Of a stretch of DNA of 64,000 nucleotides, positions 20,612 through 29,218 are shown piece by piece. The stretch spans positions 136,280 through 200,279 of the forward strand of contig CBEUCH010000002.1 of the NCBI GenBank assembly GCA_965541585.1, read 5' to 3'. The translations under genes and the position numbers were made by a program. A model generated the notes under the pieces. The model was not told the origin of the DNA. It searched no databases and saw nothing but the letters and a program-made list of their open reading frames with translations. Origin of the DNA: an uncultured bacterium (GTDB taxonomy: Bacteria > Zixibacteria > MSB-5A5 > UBA10806). Position 1 is the stretch's first letter. Each line of letters begins with the position of its first letter.

Positions 20612-22777
20612 ATGATGAGAAGGACTAAAGTTTTATTGTTGGCGATGTTATGCTTTTCAATCGCCGGTTTAGCATCCGCCCAGAATGTTGAGTATGTCAA
20701 CTCAACGCTCTGGAATGGCTTGGGGGAGGTCAAAATCGTCGGCGATTATGCATACTGTGCCTTTTACAATGGCTTGATGATTCTTGATGTCACGAATCCG
20801 ACCTCTCCATCTGTGGTGGGCCAGGTAGTTGGTCAAGGTCATGGAAATGGATTAGACGTTTCAGGTGATTACGCGTACCTGGTTAATACGTACGAGGATC
20901 TGCAGATAATAGACATCGCAAACCCTGCCCTCCCGATATTATTAGGAAGTTACAGCACGCCGAGTGACGCTTCCGGTGTTTTTGTGGTCGATAACTACGC
21001 ATACATAGCGGATGGCTATTCTGGCCTGCAGATCATAGACGTTGCCGATCCTATGAATCCGACATTTGTGGGGAGCTACGACACGCCGCACTTTGCCAAG
21101 GACATCTTCGTGGTTGGTAATTACGCCTACGTGGCTAATTCATCTACTGGCCTGCTAATAATCGATATCGCGGATCCTGAAGATCCAACATTGGCGGGAA
21201 GCTACAATACTCCAGGATACGCTCAAGCAGTCTTTGTGGTCGGCGATTATGCATATGTTGCGGATGGTAGCTCCGGCGTACGGATAATCGACATCTCTAA
21301 CCCGGCCTACCCCACACTGGAAGCAAGTTATGACACGCCAGGTTATCCTTCTGACATATATGTAATGGGTAGCTACGCTTTTGTAGCTGATGGTGATTCT
21401 GGCCTGTATATAATCGATGTCTCGAATCCTTCGAACCCCACTCATGTGGGGAATCACGATACGCCTAGGGATGCCACAGGGGTTTTCGTTACCGGCGAGC
21501 ATTGTTATATTATTGACTATGATCTTGTCCTGCAGATAATTGAGATCACCGATCCTTTCAATCCGATACTGGCAGGGAGTTTCGATACGCCTGGTTATGT
21601 ACAGAGTGTTTTCCTTGCCGGGAATTACGCCTATGTTGCAAATCACATTTCAGGCTTGTGGATAATCGATATCAGCGACCCCGCCAGCCCAACACCGGTG
21701 GGATTTCACGATACACCGGATAATGCTCGTGACGTTTTCGTGTCAGATAGTTACGCCTACGTGGCTGCTCATATTTCCGGCCTGCAGATAATAAACGTCG
21801 CCGATCCGGCCAACCCGACATGGGTAGGAGGTTACGATACACCTGGTTCTGCGACGAGCGTTTTCGTCGACGACAATTACGCTTATGTGGTTAATAGTAT
21901 TAGTGAGGGTGGCCTGCAAATTATCGACGTCTCCAATCCTGCCAGCCCGACACTGGCGGGAAGTTATGATACGCCCAATAATGCTTATGGGATTTTCGTT
22001 GACGGCGGTTACGCTTACGTAGTTGAGGGATATGCCAGCGTGGAGAGTTGGGGTCGACTGCACATAGTTAGCATTGCCGACCCTGCGAATCCGGCTCTGA
22101 TCGGAATTTATGAAACAGGTTTGCCCGGAGGTGTCTTTGTTGCCGGTAGTTATGCCTATGTAGTTTGCACTGATTATCGTCATTTCGAACCCGATATTTA
22201 TAGTCTGGTGATAATTGATATCGATGACCCTGCGAATCCCACAACAGTTGGAAGTTATGAAACACCAGAATTTGCCAGCCGCGTAGTTGTGGCTGGCAAT
22301 TACGCCTATTTGGCTGTCAATTATTATGGCGGCCTGCAGATAGTCGATATTGCCGATCCTGCGAATCCAACTCTGGCGGGAAGCTACGACACACCGGGCT
22401 GGGCTCGCGGCATTTCAGTGGACGGCGATTTTGTATATGTAGCTGATCGCCATTCGCTAATGGTCCTTAGTTTTGGACCTGAAAATGATATTGAGGAGTG
22501 GAATGATCTCCCCCGAGAGTTCTCACTTGGGCAAAACTACCCCAACCCGTTCAATGCTTCCACCCTGATCGAGTACAATTTGCCTTCAGCTTCCAATGTA
22601 AGAATCGAAATCTACGACATCCTTGGCCGCAAAGTTGAAACGCTTGTGGACCAAAAAAAGCAAGCCGGTTATCATCAGATTACGTGGAATGCCTTTGACA
22701 AATCCTCGGGAATGTATTTTTATAAGGTTCGGGCGGGGGAGTATACCGGGACGAAGAAGATGGTGTTGTTGAAGTAG
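20612..22777 (+). CDS. LVIVD-repeat beta-propeller protein (14 repeats) with T9SS-like C-terminal domain
   Basis: Signal peptide, 14 ~42-aa units (GSYDTPG.A..VFV.G.YAYVAD...GLQIIDV..P..P), and GQNYPNPFNAST...KKMVLLK. GGAGG RBS before ATG 20612. Confidence 0.9.
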   Translation: MMRRTKVLLLAMLCFSIAGLASAQNVEYVNSTLWNGLGEVKIVGDYAYCAFYNGLMILDVTNPTSPSVVGQVVGQGHGNGLDVSGDYAYLVNTYEDLQIIDIANPALPILLGSYSTPSDASGVFVVDNYAYIADGYSGLQIIDVADPMNPTFVGSYDTPHFAKDIFVVGNYAYVANSSTGLLIIDIADPEDPTLAGSYNTPGYAQAVFVVGDYAYVADGSSGVRIIDISNPAYPTLEASYDTPGYPSDIYVMGSYAFVADGDSGLYIIDVSNPSNPTHVGNHDTPRDATGVFVTGEHCYIIDYDLVLQIIEITDPFNPILAGSFDTPGYVQSVFLAGNYAYVANHISGLWIIDISDPASPTPVGFHDTPDNARDVFVSDSYAYVAAHISGLQIINVADPANPTWVGGYDTPGSATSVFVDDNYAYVVNSISEGGLQIIDVSNPASPTLAGSYDTPNNAYGIFVDGGYAYVVEGYASVESWGRLHIVSIADPANPALIGIYETGLPGGVFVAGSYAYVVCTDYRHFEPDIYSLVIIDIDDPANPTTVGSYETPEFASRVVVAGNYAYLAVNYYGGLQIVDIADPANPTLAGSYDTPGWARGISVDGDFVYVADRHSLMVLSFGPENDIEEWNDLPREFSLGQNYPNPFNASTLIEYNLPSASNVRIEIYDILGRKVETLVDQKKQAGYHQITWNAFDKSSGMYFYKVRAGEYTGTKKMVLLK

Positions 22778-22809
22778 GCCTTTAGTTATGTTTAAAGAGG
22801 GAGACAAGT

Positions 22810-22917
22810 ATGGGCGATAAGGGAAAAAAGGATAAGGGTAAAAGAGAGCAGCAGAAAAAGAGCAAGCATAGCTTATTGGAAAAGCGAAAACTTAAAAAAG
22901 AAAAAAAGAATAAATAG
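22810..22917 (+). CDS. Small Lys-rich protein (35 aa)
   Basis: Below the ORF-track cutoff: MGDKGKKDKGKREQQKKSKHSLLEKRKLKKEKKNK. GAGGGAG RBS upstream and a terminator-like hairpin downstream. Confidence 0.7.
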   Translation: MGDKGKKDKGKREQQKKSKHSLLEKRKLKKEKKNK

Positions 22918-22948
22918 AACCTAGAATAACTGAGAATGACAAAACCAT

Positions 22949-22978
22949 GGGGAGTTACATCGACTCCCCTCTCTTTTT
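22949..22978 (+). terminator. Rho-independent terminator
   Basis: GGGGAGT-tacatcg-ACTCCCC followed by TCTCTTTTT. Confidence 0.6.
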
Positions 22979-23156
22979 GCCCTGTCACTCGCCGGCTGGG
23001 CATTTGCCCGGCATGTTAAGTATGCGGGTGGCTACGATACGCCGGTCAACATTAAAGGCTTGACTTCTAAGTAGTTTCTATTATCTATAGTTGTAGACAC
23101 AATCAGGATATTGCAGTTGCGGTTGGCAACAAGGATAAATACCTCGCCCGGGGGAC

Positions 23157-25601
23157 ATGATGAGAAGAGTCATAATTATTTCGCTGGCATCTCTTTTGTT
23201 GTTGGCCGGAAATGCCTTTACCTTTGAGCCGTTATTTCATGCCAGGATTGATTACGGGGCCGGGGATGGTCCTAATTCAGTTTTCGCGGTTGACCTCGAT
23301 AACGACGGCGACAATGACCTGGCCGTGGCTAATGAGAACTCCAACAATGTCTCAGTCATCCTGAATAACGGTGACGGGACATTTCAGGCGGCGGTTAATT
23401 ACGGGGCCGGGGAAGCTCCTGTTTCGGTTTTCGCGGTTGACCTCGATGGCGATGGCGACAATGACCTGGCGGTGGCTAATAGGTTTTCCGACAATGTCTC
23501 AATCCTTCTGAATAACGGTGACGGGACATTTCATGCGGCGGTTAATTACGGGACCGGGGATGAACCTAGTTCAGTTTTCGCGGTTGATCTCGATGGCGAT
23601 GGCGATATTGACCTGGCAGTGGCTAATGCTGGCTCCAGCAATGTCTCAGTCCTTCTGAATAATGGTGACGGTATATTTCAGGCGGCGGTTAATTACGGGG
23701 CCGGGATTGGACCTCGTTCAGCTTTCGCGGTTGACCTTGATGGCGATGGCGACAATGACCTGGCCGTGGCTAATGAAGGTTCCCACAATGTCTCGGTTCT
23801 TCTGAATAACGGTGACGGGACATTTCAGGCAGCGGTTAATTACTTGGCCGGGGATAGACCTGTTTCAGTTTTCGCGGTTGACCTCGATGGCGTTGGCCAC
23901 AATGACCTGGCCGTGGCTAATGTTGGTTCCGACAGTGTATCAGTCCTTCTGAATAACGGTGACGGGACATTTCAAACAGCGGTTAATTATGGGGCCGAGG
24001 ATTTTCCTTCTTCAGTTTTCGCAGTTGACCTCGATGGCGATGGCGACAATGACCTGACCGTGGCTAATCGGTATTCCGACAATGTCTCAGTTCTCCTGAA
24101 TAACAGTGACGGGACATTTCAAGAGGCGGTTAATTACGGGACCGGGGGTGGTTCTGTTTTAGTTTTCGCGGTTGATCTCGACGGCGATGGCGATAATGAC
24201 CTGGCAGTGGCTAATGCCGGCTCCGACAATGTCTCAGTTCTTCTGAATAACGGTGACGGTATATTTCAGGCGTCGGTCGATTACGGGGCGGGGAGTTGGC
24301 CTATCTCAGTTTTCGCGGCTGACCTCGATGGCGATGGCGACAATGACCTGGCCGTGGCTAATGGTTATTCCTACAATGTCTCAGTACTTCTGAGCAACGG
24401 TGACGGGACATTTCAAGAGGCGGTTAGTTACGAGGCGGCGTATGGCCCCTCGTCAGTTTTCGCAGTTGACCTCGATGGCGACGGCGACAAAGACCTGGCT
24501 GTAGCTAATGATGGTGGCTTTTATGGCTACGAATGTGTCTCGGTGCTTCTGAATAACGGTGACGGTATATTTCAGGCGGCAGTCATTTATGATACCGGAG
24601 ATGGTCCTGTTTCTGTTTTCGCGGTTGACCTCGATGGCGATGGAGACAAAGACCTGGCCGTGGCTAATTATGACTCCGAAAATGTCTCAGTCCTTCTGAA
24701 TAACGGTGACGGGACATTTCAGCCGGCAGTTAACTACGGGGCCGGTAATTCGCCTACCTCAGTTTTCGCGGTTGACCTCGATGGCGATGGCGATAATGAC
24801 CTGGCCGTGGCTAATGAAGGTTCCCACAATGTCTCGGTTCTTCTGAATAACGGTGACGGGACATTTCAGGCAGCGGCTAATTACAGGGCCGGAGATTTTC
24901 CTTCTTCAGTTTTCGCGGCTGACCTCGATGGCGATGGCGACAAAGACCTGGCCGTGGCTAATCGTTTTTCCTACAATGTCTCAGTCCTTCTGAGCAACGG
25001 TGACGGGACATTTCAGGAGGCGGTTAATTACGGGGCCGGAGATTTTCCTTCTTCAGTTTTCGCGGTTGACCTCGATGGCGATGGCGACAATGACCTAACC
25101 GTGGCTAATCGTTTTTCCTACAATGTCTCAGTCCTTCTGAACAACGGTGACGGGACATTTCAGGCGGCGGTTAATTACGGCGCCGGAGGTTTTCCTTCTT
25201 CAGTTTTCGCGGTTGACCTCGATGGCGATGGAGACAATGACCTGGCCGTGGCTAATTATCGCGCTAAAGATATTTCAATATTGATAAATCTTTCAAGCAC
25301 GACAGGTGTGGATAATTCTCCCGAAGCATCTTTGCCTGAGAGTTTCGGTATTTCTCAGAACTATCCCAACCCCTTTAACGCCTCTACAGTAATTCAATAC
25401 AATATACCTTTAGCTTCCGATGTAATAATCGACATTTATGATATCCTCGGCCGCAAGGTTGAGACGCTGATTCAGGGAGAACAGCAAGCCGGGTATCATC
25501 AGATAACATGGGATGCGAAAGGTCAATCTTCCGGCATGTATTTTTACCGTATTCAGGCGGGGGAATATTCTGAAGCCAAAAAGATGTTGTTGTTGAAGTA
25601 G
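23157..25601 (+). CDS. FG-GAP/VCBS-repeat protein (14 repeats) with T9SS-like C-terminal domain
   Basis: Signal peptide, 14 copies of YGAG..P.SVFAVDLDGDGDNDLAVAN..S.NVSVLLNNGDGTFQAAVN, and SQNYPNPFNAST...KKMLLLK. Confidence 0.92.
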   Translation: MMRRVIIISLASLLLLAGNAFTFEPLFHARIDYGAGDGPNSVFAVDLDNDGDNDLAVANENSNNVSVILNNGDGTFQAAVNYGAGEAPVSVFAVDLDGDGDNDLAVANRFSDNVSILLNNGDGTFHAAVNYGTGDEPSSVFAVDLDGDGDIDLAVANAGSSNVSVLLNNGDGIFQAAVNYGAGIGPRSAFAVDLDGDGDNDLAVANEGSHNVSVLLNNGDGTFQAAVNYLAGDRPVSVFAVDLDGVGHNDLAVANVGSDSVSVLLNNGDGTFQTAVNYGAEDFPSSVFAVDLDGDGDNDLTVANRYSDNVSVLLNNSDGTFQEAVNYGTGGGSVLVFAVDLDGDGDNDLAVANAGSDNVSVLLNNGDGIFQASVDYGAGSWPISVFAADLDGDGDNDLAVANGYSYNVSVLLSNGDGTFQEAVSYEAAYGPSSVFAVDLDGDGDKDLAVANDGGFYGYECVSVLLNNGDGIFQAAVIYDTGDGPVSVFAVDLDGDGDKDLAVANYDSENVSVLLNNGDGTFQPAVNYGAGNSPTSVFAVDLDGDGDNDLAVANEGSHNVSVLLNNGDGTFQAAANYRAGDFPSSVFAADLDGDGDKDLAVANRFSYNVSVLLSNGDGTFQEAVNYGAGDFPSSVFAVDLDGDGDNDLTVANRFSYNVSVLLNNGDGTFQAAVNYGAGGFPSSVFAVDLDGDGDNDLAVANYRAKDISILINLSSTTGVDNSPEASLPESFGISQNYPNPFNASTVIQYNIPLASDVIIDIYDILGRKVETLIQGEQQAGYHQITWDAKGQSSGMYFYRIQAGEYSEAKKMLLLK
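23250..25290 (+). repeat. Intragenic tandem repeat, 147-bp unit x14
   Basis: Near-identical DNA units (GTTTTCGCGGTTGACCTCGATGGCGATGGCGACAATGACCTGGCCGTGGCTAAT...) at a 49-codon period. Unit 9 has a short insertion. Confidence 0.95.
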
Positions 25602-25699
25602 TGGCTGCACTTCAGGCAGTGTTTTGCCTTCGCACCTTCTTTAAAGCTACCGAATTCTATTATTATATCCCTGTTTAATTATGATATCCACATTTCCGA

Positions 25700-25727
25700 T
25701 TGACAAGTAGATAGCCTCCGTTAAATT
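25700..25727 (+). promoter_or_regulatory. sigma70-type promoter immediately before nadC (probably leaderless)
   Basis: TTGACA-N16-TAAATT ending 6 nt before ATG 25734; no SD visible. Confidence 0.5.
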
Positions 25728-25733
25728 ACCGCT

Positions 25734-26582
25734 ATGAAGAAAATGCCCGACGATATCGAACTTATCCGGCTCGCGCTGGCCGAGGATGCAGGCCGCGGAG
25801 ATATCACCACCCAGGCCCTGAAACTGAAAGGCCGGAAGGGCGAGGGGGTGGTGATAGCCAGGGACGCAGGAGTGATCTCGGGTATCGGGCCGTTAAAAAA
25901 GGTTTTCCAAACCCTGTCCCCGTCGTTTTCGTTTAAGGTATTGCAAAATGACGGCCGTCCGGTAAAGCCGGGCGATGAGATCATCCGGATAAAAGGGCCT
26001 CTGGATTCAATGCTCACCGGAGAGCGTACGGCGATGAATATTATCGGCCATCTATCCGGTGTGGCAACTCTGACGAGAGCTTTTGCAGATGCGATCGAAA
26101 CACCTCCTGCAAAAATATATGATACCAGGAAGACAACTCCCGGGATGCGGGCCTGGGAGAAAAAGGCCGTCCTCCATGGCGGCGGGGCCAACCATCGTAT
26201 GGGCTTACATGATATGTATCTGGTCAAAGAGAATCATATCGCCGCAGCCGGAGGGCTTGAAGCGGCCATGCGGCTGGCAATCGCGCACAGGCGAAAGACG
26301 AGAGCTAGGCTGGAAGTGGAAGTTCGCAATCTCTCCGAATTGAAAAAGGTACTGCCGTTTAAGCCTGATTACATTCTTCTCGATAATTTCACGGTCCCGG
26401 GGCTAAGAAAGGCCGCTAAGCTTGCGAAATCTATTCGTCCGGGGATAGTCCTCGAAGCTTCAGGACGAATCGATTTGAAAACAGTCAAAAAGATCACCGC
26501 TACCGGTATCGATCGTATCTCGATCGGTAAGCTCACGCATTCGGCGCCGGCGCTGGATCTATCGTTTAAGGTGATAGGTTGA
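25734..26582 (+). CDS. nadC: Nicotinate-nucleotide diphosphorylase (quinolinate phosphoribosyltransferase)
   Basis: EDAGRGDITT, GERTAMN..HLSGVAT, DTRKTTPG, HRMGL..KENH, EVEV, ILLDN, EASG and ISIGKLTHSA motifs. Confidence 0.97.
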   Translation: MKKMPDDIELIRLALAEDAGRGDITTQALKLKGRKGEGVVIARDAGVISGIGPLKKVFQTLSPSFSFKVLQNDGRPVKPGDEIIRIKGPLDSMLTGERTAMNIIGHLSGVATLTRAFADAIETPPAKIYDTRKTTPGMRAWEKKAVLHGGGANHRMGLHDMYLVKENHIAAAGGLEAAMRLAIAHRRKTRARLEVEVRNLSELKKVLPFKPDYILLDNFTVPGLRKAAKLAKSIRPGIVLEASGRIDLKTVKKITATGIDRISIGKLTHSAPALDLSFKVIG

Positions 26583-27574
26583 TACAGCAGTCATCCCCGC
26601 AATCGAACAATATCCAGGCAGAGGTGCTCAAGGCGCTCCTGGATTCGCGCGGCCAAAAGGCGACGATAGCAGAGATATGCAAATCAACAGGGCTCAATAG
26701 AAAAGATATTAGGGTAGCGATCAAAGAGCTACTTAGCTCCGGTATTCAAATCGATAGCCGAAAAGGCTATGAGATAATGAGTCTTCCGGATTCTATTCCG
26801 GCTCCATTATTTCTGTGCGGGCTCAAGAGTCGCGTAATGGGGAGGCAGATTTATTCGTATAAGACAATCGGCTCGACCAACGAAACTGCCCGCAGAATGG
26901 CGGAATCGGGTGCGCCGGAGGGAACAATAATTCTATCAGATAAGCAGACAAAGGGCCGCGGGCGGCTGGGAAGATCCTGGCATTCACCGTCCAGCCTCGG
27001 ACTGTATTTCTCGCTTATACTGCGTCCCCGAATCCCCTTCGATAAGGTGCCGGCGTTATCGCTGGTAGCGGCGCTGTCGGTTTGCCGGGTTGCAGACCGC
27101 GCAGCGGGCCTTAGCTCCATGATCAAATGGCCGAACGATTGTTTCATAGGCACGAGAAAAATGGCCGGCATACTGGTGGAGGTATCGGCCGAACTCGACA
27201 GTCTGAGCTACGCCGTGCTGGGGATTGGTATCAATATAAATCATCGGGAAAAGGACTTTCCCCGGGAGTTGAGGTCGGTGGCGACGTCTGTGGCAATCGA
27301 AGCCGGCCGGACAATTGAAAGGGTCGGTTTCCTGCAAAAACTGATCTATGAGTTCGAGAAATCCTATAACAATTTTACCAGGTATGGCCTGCGCTTTATC
27401 GGGCCGGAGCTGGTGGAGCGTTCCACCGTAATAAACCGGGATATTACGGTGCGGGTCGGAAAGAAGAAGATCTCCGGCAGAGCGGTGGGGTTGGATCAGA
27501 ATGGAGCTTTGAGAATGCTGACCGAGGATGGTGTCCGGATCATCTCAGCCGGGGAGGTCACCCTTCGGAGTTAA
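26579..27574 (+). CDS. birA: Bifunctional biotin--[acetyl-CoA-carboxylase] ligase with N-terminal HTH
   Basis: STNE, QTKGRGRLGRSWHSP, KWPND, KMAGIL and GIGININ motifs. TTG start overlapping the nadC stop. Confidence 0.95.
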   Translation: MIQQSSPQSNNIQAEVLKALLDSRGQKATIAEICKSTGLNRKDIRVAIKELLSSGIQIDSRKGYEIMSLPDSIPAPLFLCGLKSRVMGRQIYSYKTIGSTNETARRMAESGAPEGTIILSDKQTKGRGRLGRSWHSPSSLGLYFSLILRPRIPFDKVPALSLVAALSVCRVADRAAGLSSMIKWPNDCFIGTRKMAGILVEVSAELDSLSYAVLGIGININHREKDFPRELRSVATSVAIEAGRTIERVGFLQKLIYEFEKSYNNFTRYGLRFIGPELVERSTVINRDITVRVGKKKISGRAVGLDQNGALRMLTEDGVRIISAGEVTLRS

Positions 27575-27606
27575 GCTGATATTATTGATCTGTAATTATG
27601 GACAAT

Positions 27607-27637
27607 AAAAAAGGCGGGTTATAAATCCCGCCCTTAT
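27607..27637. terminator. Terminator hairpin, stronger for a minus-strand transcript
   Basis: AAAAAA-GGCGGG-ttataaat-CCCGCC-cttatt. Confidence 0.55.
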
Positions 27638-27943
27638 TGCGCGAGGCGCTGTTGTATTACCCGTTGTCGCTCGAAGATGTCATTCCGTTGCTGCGCCTTA
27701 GCTCAATACTTGTGATTTCAAGTAAACTACTTCAGTTGTTGCCGCATCCTCACCTAATAAGAGGGATTCCGATTTTCAATTTCATTCATTACGATTTCCT
27801 CAAACAATTAAAAACTGCCCCCGGTTCCCCGAAAATAATTGATCGGGAAATATTTTTCGTTATCATGGCACGTGGCTCGGTATGGAACAACGGCCGGTTT
27901 TAAGCCGTTTACTAATCTGACGATATAAACAAAGGGTAAGCCT

Positions 27944-29218
27944 ATGAGAAAATCCTTCGCCATCGTAATAGCAATCATGATTTCCGTCACCGGTACGCCC
28001 GCTCTGGGGTCCAAGATATTGGTCCCCATGGATTTGACGCAAACCGATCATCTCAAGGCCTATGGCCTGGCCTATTGGTGCCTGCAGAATGGTATCGATG
28101 TTGAATGGCTTTTGAATTACCGAAGTGGATCTTTTTTGACCGATGACCTGGAGCAGATAGCCGAGGCATGCAGGCTCAAGGGCGTTTCTTACGAACAGAT
28201 AAGCGGGGCTGAGGAAGCCAGAATCATGAAGATCATGGAAGAAAGCAACATGGAATCCGTCCTTCTGGAAAAAGCGCCCGTGGTTGCCATCTACGCTCCG
28301 CCATCGAGAAGAAACGAGCCGTGGGATGATGCCGTAAACCTGGTATTGGAGTACGCCGAGATTCCCTTTGATATAATCTGGGATCCGGATGTTCTCCTGG
28401 GGAAGCTTGCCGAATATGATTGGATTCATCTGCATCATGAGGATTTCACCGGCCAGTACGGGAAATTCTATGCGCAATATCGCGGGACACTCTGGTATAA
28501 GCAGGATAAAGCGTTAAACGAGACCACCGCCCGCGAATTGGGATTTGTAAAAGTTTCCGCACTGAAGCTGGCAGTGACGAATGCTATCGAAGATTACGTG
28601 GCAGGCGGAGGATTTCTATTTGCCATGTGCAGCGCCGCCGACACCTACGATATCGCCCGAGCCGCCTGGAGGACTGATATTGTCCCTGCTGAATCCGACG
28701 GTGATGGTATCGACTCCGATTACATCTCGAAACTCGATTTTCGAAACACTTTTGCTTTCGAAAATTTCGATGTGGTTACAAATCCTTTCATATACGAGCA
28801 TTCAATGATCGATACTTCGCCGGTCCGGGGAGGGAGGGGTCTCTCCCCGCAGGCCGATTATTTTACCCTGTTCGATTTCTCGGCAAAGTGGGACCCGGTT
28901 CCGACAATGCTGGTGCAGGATCATACCGATGTAGTCAACGGTTTCTGGGGCCAGTGCACAGGGTACAACAAGCGGTATATCAAGAAAAACGTGATATTGC
29001 TGGCGGAGACCCCGGGGAAGAGCGAAGCAAAATATATTCATGGTAATTATGGAAAAGGAACATTCACGTTTTTCGGAGGGCACGATCCGGAGGATTATCA
29101 GCATATGATCGGAGATCCGCCTACCGATCTGAGGTTGCACAAGCACTCACCGGGTTACAGGCTGATTTTGAATAACGTTCTTTTCCCGGCAGCCAAGAAA
29201 AAGGAGAGAAAAACCTGA
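27944..29218 (+). CDS. Conserved secreted protein of the FCB family usually mislabelled 'asparagine synthetase B' (class I glutamine-amidotransferase-like)
   Basis: QTDHLKAYG..WLLNYR.GSF, PWDDAV.LVLEYAEIP, WIHLHHEDFTGQYGKF, GGFLFAMCSA, GGHDPED and SPGYRLILNN motifs; signal peptide. Confidence 0.75.
   Translation: MRKSFAIVIAIMISVTGTPALGSKILVPMDLTQTDHLKAYGLAYWCLQNGIDVEWLLNYRSGSFLTDDLEQIAEACRLKGVSYEQISGAEEARIMKIMEESNMESVLLEKAPVVAIYAPPSRRNEPWDDAVNLVLEYAEIPFDIIWDPDVLLGKLAEYDWIHLHHEDFTGQYGKFYAQYRGTLWYKQDKALNETTARELGFVKVSALKLAVTNAIEDYVAGGGFLFAMCSAADTYDIARAAWRTDIVPAESDGDGIDSDYISKLDFRNTFAFENFDVVTNPFIYEHSMIDTSPVRGGRGLSPQADYFTLFDFSAKWDPVPTMLVQDHTDVVNGFWGQCTGYNKRYIKKNVILLAETPGKSEAKYIHGNYGKGTFTFFGGHDPEDYQHMIGDPPTDLRLHKHSPGYRLILNNVLFPAAKKKERKT

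Noticed and set aside
22782-23003. Minus-strand 73-aa Phe/Leu-rich ORF
   Set aside because: It is the reverse complement of the Lys-rich small gene, which has the RBS and terminator.
23250-25290. CRISPR array in the regularly spaced repeats
   Set aside because: The 147-bp units are in-frame coding repeats without unique spacers, and no cas genes are present.
23157-25601. Diversity-generating retroelement as the source of FG-GAP loop variation
   Set aside because: No reverse transcriptase or non-coding template repeat in the window, and the differences between units are not adenine-specific.
14731-25601. Claim that a complete type IX secretion system is encoded here
   Set aside because: Only CTD-bearing substrates are visible. 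No PorK/L/M/N, SprA or PorV gene is in the window, so the export route cannot be established.
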